Below are positions 7,149-14,901 of a stretch of DNA of 16,103 bases, one piece after another. How positions within the stretch are numbered: the stretch's first letter is position 1; each line of letters opens with the position of its first letter. The translations under genes were made by a program, and so were the position numbers. This DNA is from a virus. The stretch is from the UHGV virus genome UHGV-0276752. The stretch is one strand, 5' to 3'. Below the pieces are notes generated by a model, which was not told the origin of the DNA, did not search any database, and was given only the letters and a program-made list of their open reading frames with translations.

Positions 7149-7162
7149 CCCCTTATTGGGGG
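7149..7162 (+). promoter_or_regulatory. sdi-type stem-loop (CCCC-TTATT-GGGGG) upstream of the S dual start
   Basis: Hairpin 7-20 nt upstream of ATG-AAG-ATG. In lambda this structure sets the S107/S105 initiation ratio. Confidence 0.6.
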
Positions 7163-7168
7163 TAAGAC

Positions 7169-7492
7169 ATGAAGATGCCAGAAAAAAATGACCTGTTAGC
7201 CGCCATTCTCGCGGCAAAGGAACAAGGCATCGGGGCAATCCTTGCGTTTGCAATGGCGTACCTTCGCGGCAGATATAATGGCGGTGCGTTTACAAAAACA
7301 GTAATCGACGCAACGATGTGCGCCATTATCGCCTGGTTCATTCGTGACCTTCTCGACTTCGCCGGACTAAGTAGCAATCTCGCTTATATAACGAGCGTGT
7401 TTATCGGCTACATCGGTACTGACTCGATTGGTTCGCTTATCAAACGCTTCGCTGCTAAAAAAGCCGGAGTAGAAGATGGTGGAAATCAATAA
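7169..7492 (+). CDS. S: Class I holin S (S107 antiholin from ATG 7169; S105 holin from ATG 7175)
   Basis: [39 protein letters not shown]... is near-identical to lambda S as I recall it (one or two substitutions). Three predicted transmembrane segments; Met-Lys-Met dual start. Confidence 0.95.
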   Translation: MKMPEKNDLLAAILAAKEQGIGAILAFAMAYLRGRYNGGAFTKTVIDATMCAIIAWFIRDLLDFAGLSSNLAYITSVFIGYIGTDSIGSLIKRFAAKKAGVEDGGNQ

Positions 7493-7952
7493 TCAACGTA
7501 AGGCGTTCCTCGATATGCTGGCGTGGTCAGAGGGAACAGATAACGGACGTCAGAAAACCAGAAATCATGGTTATGACGTCATTGTAGGCGGAGAGCTATT
7601 CACTGATTACTCCGATCACCCTCGCAAACTTGTCACGCTAAACCCAAAACTCAAATCAACAGCCGCCGGACGTTACCAGCTTCTTTCCCGTTGGTGGGAT
7701 GCCTACCGCAAGCAGCTTGGCCTGAAAGACTTCTCTCCGAAAAGCCAGGACGCTGTGGCACTGCAACAGATTAAAGAGCGTGGCGCTTTACCGATGATTG
7801 ACCGCGGTGATATTCGTCAGGCAATCGACCGTTGCAGTAATATCTGGGCTTCACTTCCGGGGGCTGGTTATGGTCAGTTCGAGCATAAGGCTGACAGCCT
7901 GATTGCAAAATTCAAAGAAGCAGGCGGAACGGTCAGAGAGATTGAGGTATGA
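7476..7952 (+). CDS. R: Endolysin R (lambda-type lytic transglycosylase)
   Basis: [42 protein letters not shown]... is near-identical to lambda R from memory. Overlaps the S 3' end as in lambda. Confidence 0.95.
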   Translation: MVEINNQRKAFLDMLAWSEGTDNGRQKTRNHGYDVIVGGELFTDYSDHPRKLVTLNPKLKSTAAGRYQLLSRWWDAYRKQLGLKDFSPKSQDAVALQQIKERGALPMIDRGDIRQAIDRCSNIWASLPGAGYGQFEHKADSLIAKFKEAGGTVREIEV

Positions 7953-8386
7953 GCAGAGTAACCGCGATTATCTCCGCTCTGGTTATCTGCATCATCGTCT
8001 GCCTGTCATGGGCTGTTAATCATTACCGTGATAACGCAATCGCCTACAAAGAGCAGCGCGATAAAGCCACGTACATCATCGCTGACATGCAGAAGCGTCA
8101 ACGTGATGTAGCAGAACTCGACGCCAGATACACAAAGGAGCTTGCTGATGCTAACGCGACTATCGAAAGTCTCCGTGCTGATGTTTCTGCTGGTCGTAAG
8201 CGCCTGCAAGTCGCCGCCACCTGTGCAAAGTCAACGACCGGAGCCAGCAGCATGGGCGATGGAGAAAGCCCAAGACTTACAGCAGATGCTGAACTCAATT
8301 ATTACCGTCTCCGAAGTGGAATCGACAGGATAACCGCGCAGGTTAACTACCTGCAGGAATACATCAGGACGCAATGCCTTCGATGA
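7949..8386 (+). CDS. Rz: Rz (i-spanin, inner-membrane component)
   Basis: N-terminus [31 protein letters not shown] matches lambda Rz. N-terminal transmembrane segment plus coiled-coil periplasmic domain. ATGA overlap with R. Confidence 0.9.
   Translation: MSRVTAIISALVICIIVCLSWAVNHYRDNAIAYKEQRDKATYIIADMQKRQRDVAELDARYTKELADANATIESLRADVSAGRKRLQVAATCAKSTTGASSMGDGESPRLTADAELNYYRLRSGIDRITAQVNYLQEYIRTQCLR
8142..8333 (+). CDS. Rz1: Rz1 (o-spanin lipoprotein), embedded in an alternative frame of Rz
   Basis: ORF lies wholly inside Rz in a different frame. Signal peptide plus lipobox (LLVVSAC), then a Pro-rich mature region ([16 protein letters not shown]). Start may be 8142, 8148 or 8181. Confidence 0.8.
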   Translation: MLMLTRLSKVSVLMFLLVVSACKSPPPVQSQRPEPAAWAMEKAQDLQQMLNSIITVSEVESTG

Positions 8387-8559
8387 TAGCGATAATTTTA
8401 CTCATCATCCTTCACATCTGGCTCTGTAGACAGGGTGGTGATCACTTCTGGAGTGAATCCAGATTAAACATCTCATTGCTGATGCTTGATATTGAGCATC
8501 TGGCGCGCGGTAAGGGGCTGCGTTGAGATAAGAGCCAGTCATTACAAATACCAGGATTT

Positions 8560-8585
8560 AGCCTCGCATTCGCGGGGCTTTTTTA
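8560..8585 (+). terminator. Rho-independent terminator downstream of the lysis cassette
   Basis: AGCCTCGC (8560-8567), loop ATTC, GCGGGGCT (8572-8579): 8-bp stem including one G-U pair, followed by a 6-T run. Confidence 0.65.
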
Positions 8586-8730
8586 CATCTGCAGTAAACC
8601 GCGCATCGCAGCGCGTAACAATCCCGAGTCTTTCAGAAAGCTGAGCCTGAGAACTGCCGTATATGGTGGCGACCATCTCGGGGCGGCTTTTCTGTGCGAA
8701 CAGGCTCACTTTCTAAAAGGTAAAGACGCT

Positions 8731-9249
8731 ATGAATCATCAATTGGCTAATCTCGATTTTCGGGACATGGTGGTTGTTTCTGGTGATCGCGTGATCACAA
8801 CCTCCCGCAAGGTAGCAGCTTACTTCGACAAGCAGCATCACCACATCATTCAGAAAATCGAAAAGCTAGACTGTTCGGATGAATTTCTAACCAGCAACTT
8901 TTCGCGGGTTACCTATGAACACAAGGGTAATCAGTATGTTGAATATGAAATTTCCAAAGACGGTGCGATGTACATCATCATGTCGTTTACCGGCAAAAAA
9001 GCTGCCGCCATCAAAGAGGCGTTTATCAAAGCATTTAATTGGATGCGTGACAGGCTGATGGAGATGGCTCACTCATACCAAAGAGAGCACAACGAGTTAA
9101 TGCTGGAGTTCATGAAGGAAAAGGATGTTGCCAGTATGTCAGGACGCTTGCTGAACCGCTGGGGCAGGATCAAAAAACCGCAACTCATAGCAAGAATCGA
9201 AAGGCTTGAGCAGCAGGCGCAAATATCGATCCCCGGACTGCCAAAGTGA
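8731..9249 (+). CDS. rha: Phage regulatory protein Rha (P22 orf201 equivalent)
   Basis: 172 aa with the Rha-family signature (VITTSRKVAAYFDKQHHHIIQKIEKL ... MYIIMSFTGKKAAAIKEAFIKAFNWM). Sits between the lysis genes and terminase as in P22. Confidence 0.85.
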   Translation: MNHQLANLDFRDMVVVSGDRVITTSRKVAAYFDKQHHHIIQKIEKLDCSDEFLTSNFSRVTYEHKGNQYVEYEISKDGAMYIIMSFTGKKAAAIKEAFIKAFNWMRDRLMEMAHSYQREHNELMLEFMKEKDVASMSGRLLNRWGRIKKPQLIARIERLEQQAQISIPGLPK

Positions 9250-9601
9250 CCATTCCAAAGCCCATCTACTGGTGGGCTTGATAATGAAACCGTGATTTAC
9301 ATCCCCACAATCCGGGTATGTAAAAGATAGTTCAGGCGAGAACAGATTTAACTAAATCTGTGCACCGCCAGTTACAGCAGTACAGCGAAACAACCCAAGC
9401 CAGTAAGTGGGGAAATAACACTGGCAGCCACTGAAAGATGAACCTCCAGCCTTATGGCAAAAAAGATTCTTTGTGGTGGCGGACTGATGGAAAGACATCG
9501 GTTATTGCAGAGATCATTCAATGAGTGGTCTCGACAATGGCTTATACCCTACACGGGATAACTTAACTGATATCCCTTTTAACGGATAAACGGAGCCAAC
9601 A

Positions 9602-9844
9602 ATGGCAGAGATTATTCCCATGACTGAAGAACAGAAATTCCAGTTAGAGATTTACAAGCTGGTCATGAACCAGAACGCAGCTGCAGAGGAAGCATTTCAG
9701 TTCATTGGCACTGACGAACTGAAGCTTGAGCTATTCAAAATTCACTTCCAGTCAGGCGGCGCTAATTCAGATATCACGATCCGCACATTCGAAGCGGTGC
9801 GTAAATCGAAGGAAGCGTTAGACCTGTTCACCACCGGAGCATAA
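9602..9844 (+). CDS. Conserved small acidic protein (orf80 equivalent of P22-like phages), function unknown
   Basis: 80 aa ORF directly upstream of small terminase, with SD GGAG at 9592-9595. The position and the size match orf80 of P22. Confidence 0.6.
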   Translation: MAEIIPMTEEQKFQLEIYKLVMNQNAAAEEAFQFIGTDELKLELFKIHFQSGGANSDITIRTFEAVRKSKEALDLFTTGA

Positions 9845-9846
9845 AC

Positions 9847-10287
9847 ATGGCGCGCCCAACAAAGTATCAAGAGGCGTATGCCGAACAGGCACGCAAACTG
9901 TGCTTGCTGGGCTACACCGATGCAGAACTTGCTGATTTCTTTGAAGTCAGTGAGTCAACTATTAACAAGTGGAAGCTTGATTATCCTAAGTTTTCGGAGT
10001 CCATAAAAAAGGGTAAGGCCGTCGCTGATGCAGAAGTTAGTGACCGTCTTTATCAACGCGCTATGGGCTTCGTGGCTCCAGACATCGATATTCGTGTTAT
10101 TGAAAACAGAATTGTCGAAACTCCGCTTGAGAAGTATTACCCGCCTGATACAACCGCTGCCATCTTCTGGCTTAAGAATCGACAGAAGGATAAATGGCGC
10201 GACAAGGTTGATCATGAGCTAACAGGCAAAGACGGCGGCGCAATCCAGATTGAAACATCACCGATGAGCACTCTATTCGGAAAATGA
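9847..10287 (+). CDS. Terminase small subunit (Sf6 gp1-like)
   Basis: 146 aa. N-terminal HTH (YTDAELADFFEVSESTINKWK) and C-terminal ...ELTGKDGGAIQIETSPMSTLFGK, which I recall from Sf6-type TerS. Immediately upstream of and overlapping the large terminase (ATGA). Confidence 0.8.
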   Translation: MARPTKYQEAYAEQARKLCLLGYTDAELADFFEVSESTINKWKLDYPKFSESIKKGKAVADAEVSDRLYQRAMGFVAPDIDIRVIENRIVETPLEKYYPPDTTAAIFWLKNRQKDKWRDKVDHELTGKDGGAIQIETSPMSTLFGK

Positions 10288-11699
10288 CCTCGATTAATCC
10301 TATCTTTGAACCGTTCATTGAGGCGCATCGCTACAAAGTCGCCAAAGGCGGTCGAGGTAGCGGTAAGTCATGGGCAATTGCGAGACTGCTTGTTGAAGCG
10401 GCGCGTCGGCAGCCAGTGCGTATTCTCTGCGCTCGTGAACTGCAAAACAGTATCAGCGATTCGGTAATCCGGTTGCTTGAAGATACCATCGAGCGTGAAG
10501 GATATTCGGCTGAGTTTGAAATTCAGCGTTCAATGATTCGTCATCTCGGAACGAATGCTGAGTTCATGTTCTACGGCATCAAAAACAACCCGACGAAGAT
10601 TAAATCGCTAGAAGGCATTGATATCTGCTGGGTGGAAGAAGCGGAAGCGGTAACGAAGGAATCATGGGATATCCTGATACCAACCATCCGTAAGCCGTTC
10701 TCTGAAATATGGGTGAGCTTTAACCCGAAGAACATACTCGACGATACCTATCAGCGGTTCGTCGTAAATCCTCCTGATGATATTTGTCTGCTGACGGTGA
10801 ACTACACCGACAATCCGCACTTTCCTGAAGTTCTCCGTCTGGAGATGGAAGAGTGTAAGCGCAGAAACCCGACACTGTATCGTCACATCTGGCTTGGTGA
10901 GCCAGTAAGCGCAAGTGATATGGCAATCATCAAACGTGAATGGCTTGAAGCCGCAACCGATGCGCACAAGAAACTCGGATGGAAAGCGAAAGGCGCTGTT
11001 GTCTCTGCGCATGACCCGTCAGATACAGGACCAGATGCTAAAGGTTATGCATCGCGTCACGGTTCGGTAGTTAAGCGCATTGCCGAAGGTCTGCTGATGG
11101 ACATCAACGAGGGTGCTGACTGGGCTACTTCGCTGGCGATTGAAGACGGTGCTGACCATTACCTGTGGGATGGTGATGGTGTTGGTGCCGGGCTACGCAG
11201 ACAGACAACGGAAGCGTTCTCCGGCAAGAAAATCACCGCCACGATGTTCAAGGGCAGCGAATCGCCATTCGATGAAGATGCACCGTATCAGGCCGGAGCA
11301 TGGGCCGATGAAGTCGTACAGGGCGACAACGTTCGCACTATTGGCGATGTGTTCCGTAATAAGCGAGCGCAATTCTATTACGCGCTGGCTGACAGGCTGT
11401 ATCTGACATATCGGGCGGTTGTTCACGGTGAGTATGCAGACCCCGACGACATGCTGAGTTTCGACAAAGAAGCGATAGGCGAGAAGATGCTGGAGAAGCT
11501 GTTTGCAGAACTGACGCAGATTCAGCGCAAATTCAATAACAACGGGAAGCTGGAGCTAATGACTAAGGTCGAAATGAAGCAGAAGCTCGGTATTCCATCT
11601 CCTAACCTGGCTGATGCGCTGATGATGTGTATGCATTGCCCGGAGTCGGCTGCGCAACCCGACTATTCCAGTTACTCAATTCCTTGTGGTGTAGGTTGA
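10284..11699 (+). CDS. Terminase large subunit (Sf6 gp2-like, ATPase plus nuclease)
   Basis: 471 aa. Walker A GGRGSGKS, Walker B-like DICWVEE, C-terminal RNase H-like nuclease region. N-terminal sequence matches Sf6 gp2 as I recall it. Confidence 0.9.
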   Translation: MTSINPIFEPFIEAHRYKVAKGGRGSGKSWAIARLLVEAARRQPVRILCARELQNSISDSVIRLLEDTIEREGYSAEFEIQRSMIRHLGTNAEFMFYGIKNNPTKIKSLEGIDICWVEEAEAVTKESWDILIPTIRKPFSEIWVSFNPKNILDDTYQRFVVNPPDDICLLTVNYTDNPHFPEVLRLEMEECKRRNPTLYRHIWLGEPVSASDMAIIKREWLEAATDAHKKLGWKAKGAVVSAHDPSDTGPDAKGYASRHGSVVKRIAEGLLMDINEGADWATSLAIEDGADHYLWDGDGVGAGLRRQTTEAFSGKKITATMFKGSESPFDEDAPYQAGAWADEVVQGDNVRTIGDVFRNKRAQFYYALADRLYLTYRAVVHGEYADPDDMLSFDKEAIGEKMLEKLFAELTQIQRKFNNNGKLELMTKVEMKQKLGIPSPNLADALMMCMHCPESAAQPDYSSYSIPCGVG

Positions 11700-11700
11700 T

Positions 11701-13899
11701 ATGGCAGAAAAAAAGATGACTGACTGGCATCGCAAGGTGCTGTGCAACTTTGATAATGCCTGGTCAGCAACGCAGGATATGCGTGAGCAGATTATTGAGG
11801 CTCAACGTTTCGTCCGGGTGTCCGGCGCACAGTGGGAAGGCAGCACAAACGCTGGTTACTCATTTGATGAAGGAAGGTTTGAGCATTACCCGCGCTTTGA
11901 ACTGAATAAGATTGCCCGTGAATGTGATCGCATCATTGGCGAGTATCGACAGAATCGCATCAGCGTTAAATTCAGGCCGAAGGACGATAAGGCATCGGAA
12001 GCGTTAGCCGAAAAGATGAACGGCAAATTCCGCGCTGACTATCAGGAAACATCCGGTGGCGAAGCGTGTGATAACGCATTTGATGATGCTGTAACGGGCG
12101 GATTCGGTTGTTTCCGCATGTGTGCCGATTACGAAGATGAAATGGACCCAAGTAACGAGCAGCGACGCATCAGCCTTCTTCCTGTTTACGACCCGGCCAC
12201 ATGCGTCTTCTTCGATCAGGACAGCAAGCAATATGACCGCTCTGATGCTATGTGGGCTATGGAAATGTTCTCCATGACGCCTAAAGCGTTCGAGGCTGAA
12301 TACCCTGATTCCATCGCGGCAAGCCTTTCTCGTGATGACACTGGCACTCAATATGACTGGTCAACCCCTGATGCTATCTATGTTGGTCGCTACTACGAAG
12401 TTCGCATAGAGAAGGTGAAGCTCACGGCATGGCGCAACCCTGTTAGCGGAGAAACGGCAATCTATGATGAAGAGCAAATCAAAGATATTGTCGACGAGCT
12501 GACCGATGGCGCATTCGAACTGATTGGTGAGCGGACAGTGAAGAAACGCAGAGTTTATTGCGGTCTTCTGTCTGGCGCTGAATGGCTGGAAGAACCGAAG
12601 CGTATTCCGGGCGAACATATTCCTCTCATCCCGGTATATGGGCGTCGATCATTTGTTGATAATCAGGAGCGAATCGAAGGCCACGCAGCAAAAGCGATGG
12701 ATGCACAGCGTCTTGAGAACCTGATGGTTTCCATGATTGCAGATAACGCCACTCAGGCTGGCGGCGATGGCATTCCTGTAGTTGATGTTGACATGATTCC
12801 TGGTCCTCTTGCCACTCATTGGGCGGAGCGCAACAAAAAGCGCCCGGCGTTCCTGCCGATGGTCAGTCTGAAAAACAAAAACGGAGATATTACTGCGCAG
12901 GCTCAGGTCAGCAGTTATACACCTCCGACACAAATGCCTCCTGCTCTTGCCGGGCTATTGCAGTACACCGGAACGGCTATTCAGCAAATTACAGGTGCGT
13001 CGCAGCTTGAGAATATGCCGAGCAACGTCGCTACCGATACCGTTGATAGCATCTTTAACCGGATGGATACGCAGTCCTATATCTACATGGACAACATGGC
13101 TAAATCCATGCGTCGCGCTGGCGTTGTGTGGCTTTCTATGGCGCGTGAAGTCTATGGCAGCGATACGCCGATGCGTATCGTTAATGAGGACGGCAGCGAT
13201 GACGTGGCGCTGATGACTGGTGAAGTGGTTGACCGTCAGACAGGGCAGGTTATCGCGCTTAACGACCTTTCGCAGGGTAACTACGAAGTGACTGTCGATG
13301 TCGGTCAGTCGTTCGCTACTCGCCGTGATGCAACGGTTAAGTCGTTACTTTCCATGCTGGCACTTATCCCGCCAGGGACGCCGAAGCACGACCTTGTATC
13401 GTCGATGATTCTCGACAATATGGACGGCGAAGGGATGGACGACCTTAAAGAATACAACCGCAATCAGTTGCTTCTGTCTGGCGTTATCAAGCCGAGAACG
13501 CCTGAAGAACAGCAAATGGTTGAGCAGGCGAAACAACAACAGGCCAGTCAGCCAGATCCGGCTATGGTTGCAGCGCAAGGTCAGCTTCTTGCTGGTCAGG
13601 CTGAATTGCAGAAAGCGCAGAACGAACAGGCAGCCATTCAGGTTAAAGCATTCCAGGCACAGACTGATGCTCAGGTTGCAGCGGCAAATGTTGTGAAAAT
13701 ACTCGCATCTGCCGATAGTCAGCAGAAATCTGATATCCGCGAGGCTCTGAAACTGCTCGGACAGTTCCAGCAACAGCAAGGAGACAATGCCCGTGCTGAT
13801 GCAGAGCTTGTCCTGAAAAGTCAGGCACAGGGCCATGCGCAGCGCATGGACATCAGCAGCATCCTGCAAAAATCAACTCAGCAACAACCACAGCAGTAA
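11701..13899 (+). CDS. Portal protein (P22 gp1 / Sf6 gp3 family)
   Basis: 732 aa. Conserved blocks shared with P22 portal (GEHIPLIPVYG, PETPEEQQ..EQAKQ, QGQLLAGQAELQKAQN, DNARADAELVLKSQ..HAQRMDI) and the long Q/A-rich C-terminal helix. Confidence 0.9.
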   Translation: MAEKKMTDWHRKVLCNFDNAWSATQDMREQIIEAQRFVRVSGAQWEGSTNAGYSFDEGRFEHYPRFELNKIARECDRIIGEYRQNRISVKFRPKDDKASEALAEKMNGKFRADYQETSGGEACDNAFDDAVTGGFGCFRMCADYEDEMDPSNEQRRISLLPVYDPATCVFFDQDSKQYDRSDAMWAMEMFSMTPKAFEAEYPDSIAASLSRDDTGTQYDWSTPDAIYVGRYYEVRIEKVKLTAWRNPVSGETAIYDEEQIKDIVDELTDGAFELIGERTVKKRRVYCGLLSGAEWLEEPKRIPGEHIPLIPVYGRRSFVDNQERIEGHAAKAMDAQRLENLMVSMIADNATQAGGDGIPVVDVDMIPGPLATHWAERNKKRPAFLPMVSLKNKNGDITAQAQVSSYTPPTQMPPALAGLLQYTGTAIQQITGASQLENMPSNVATDTVDSIFNRMDTQSYIYMDNMAKSMRRAGVVWLSMAREVYGSDTPMRIVNEDGSDDVALMTGEVVDRQTGQVIALNDLSQGNYEVTVDVGQSFATRRDATVKSLLSMLALIPPGTPKHDLVSSMILDNMDGEGMDDLKEYNRNQLLLSGVIKPRTPEEQQMVEQAKQQQASQPDPAMVAAQGQLLAGQAELQKAQNEQAAIQVKAFQAQTDAQVAAANVVKILASADSQQKSDIREALKLLGQFQQQQGDNARADAELVLKSQAQGHAQRMDISSILQKSTQQQPQQ

Positions 13900-13989
13900 T
13901 TAACCCATAACGTGCAATGGCTGTCTTTATGAGGCCTGGCACCCTATTGCCTTCCGATGGGCTGAACATCGAGTAAACAGGGGTAACAA

Positions 13990-14883
13990 ATGGACCAGAT
14001 GGCAGAAAACACACCAGAAGTTGAAATCGAAACCGACGCGTCAGAGCAGATTCCTGATGATGTCGAACTGGCTGAAGAAGTCGAAACAGAAGATGGCAGT
14101 GAGTCCTCCGGCAATGATGCAAAGGAAGCTACTGAAAATGATGACGACGAATCAGAACAGGAATTCTACTTTGGTGACGAAAAGCTGGATTCGCCAACCA
14201 GCGAAGATGGCGCAGAGCATGGACTGGTAAAACACCTGCGCAAGACGATTAAAGAGAAAGACCGCGAACTGAAAGAGCTGATGCGTCAGTCTCAGAAACC
14301 CGTCGAGCAGCAGCCGGTAATCACTCAACCACCGCGAATGCCAAAACTGGATGATGAGGACATCGGTTTCGATGAAGAAATCTATCAGCAACGCATGGCT
14401 AAGTGGGCAGAGGATAACGGCAAATACCAGGAGCAAGTACGAGAGCGGAAACGAGAGGAAGAGGCGCGTACCGCAACGCTTCAGCAGAAAGCAGCCAATT
14501 ACATGCAGAGAGTAAAAGCACTGAAAGTGGCTGGCTACCAGGATGCAGAGCAGGCTGTACGCGAAGATGTTCCTGTTCATATTCAGGACATGATCCTTCT
14601 TGAGTCAGAGAAGCCGGAAATCGTTGTTCTGGCACTCGGTCGCAACGCTGAACTGCGCAAGCAACTGGCAGAAGCTACCAACCCCGTAGCAATTGGTCGT
14701 CTGCTGGAACATATCGAATCGAAGGCCAGAATCATGCCAAAAGCAAAAACCACGGCAGCCACAACCCCGACAGTTAAGGGGAGCAACGGCGCAGTAATCA
14801 ATAACCTCGACAAACTGAAAGCCAAGGCGCTGGAAACTGGTGACTGGACGCCGTATTTCGCCGCTAAAAAGGCAAAAAAATAA
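13990..14883 (+). CDS. Scaffolding protein (P22 gp8 family)
   Basis: 297 aa. Very acidic N-terminal third, central coiled-coil region, basic C-terminal helix-turn-helix tail (KLKAKALETGDWTPYFAAKKAKK). Located between portal and coat. Confidence 0.8.
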   Translation: MDQMAENTPEVEIETDASEQIPDDVELAEEVETEDGSESSGNDAKEATENDDDESEQEFYFGDEKLDSPTSEDGAEHGLVKHLRKTIKEKDRELKELMRQSQKPVEQQPVITQPPRMPKLDDEDIGFDEEIYQQRMAKWAEDNGKYQEQVRERKREEEARTATLQQKAANYMQRVKALKVAGYQDAEQAVREDVPVHIQDMILLESEKPEIVVLALGRNAELRKQLAEATNPVAIGRLLEHIESKARIMPKAKTTAATTPTVKGSNGAVINNLDKLKAKALETGDWTPYFAAKKAKK

Positions 14884-14901
14884 CCTATCGGAGCATTAAG
14901 C

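Noticed and set aside
13345-13869. Minus-strand ORF of 174 aa
   Set aside because: It lies entirely inside the portal gene on the opposite strand. It is a shadow ORF of the Q/A-rich coding region.
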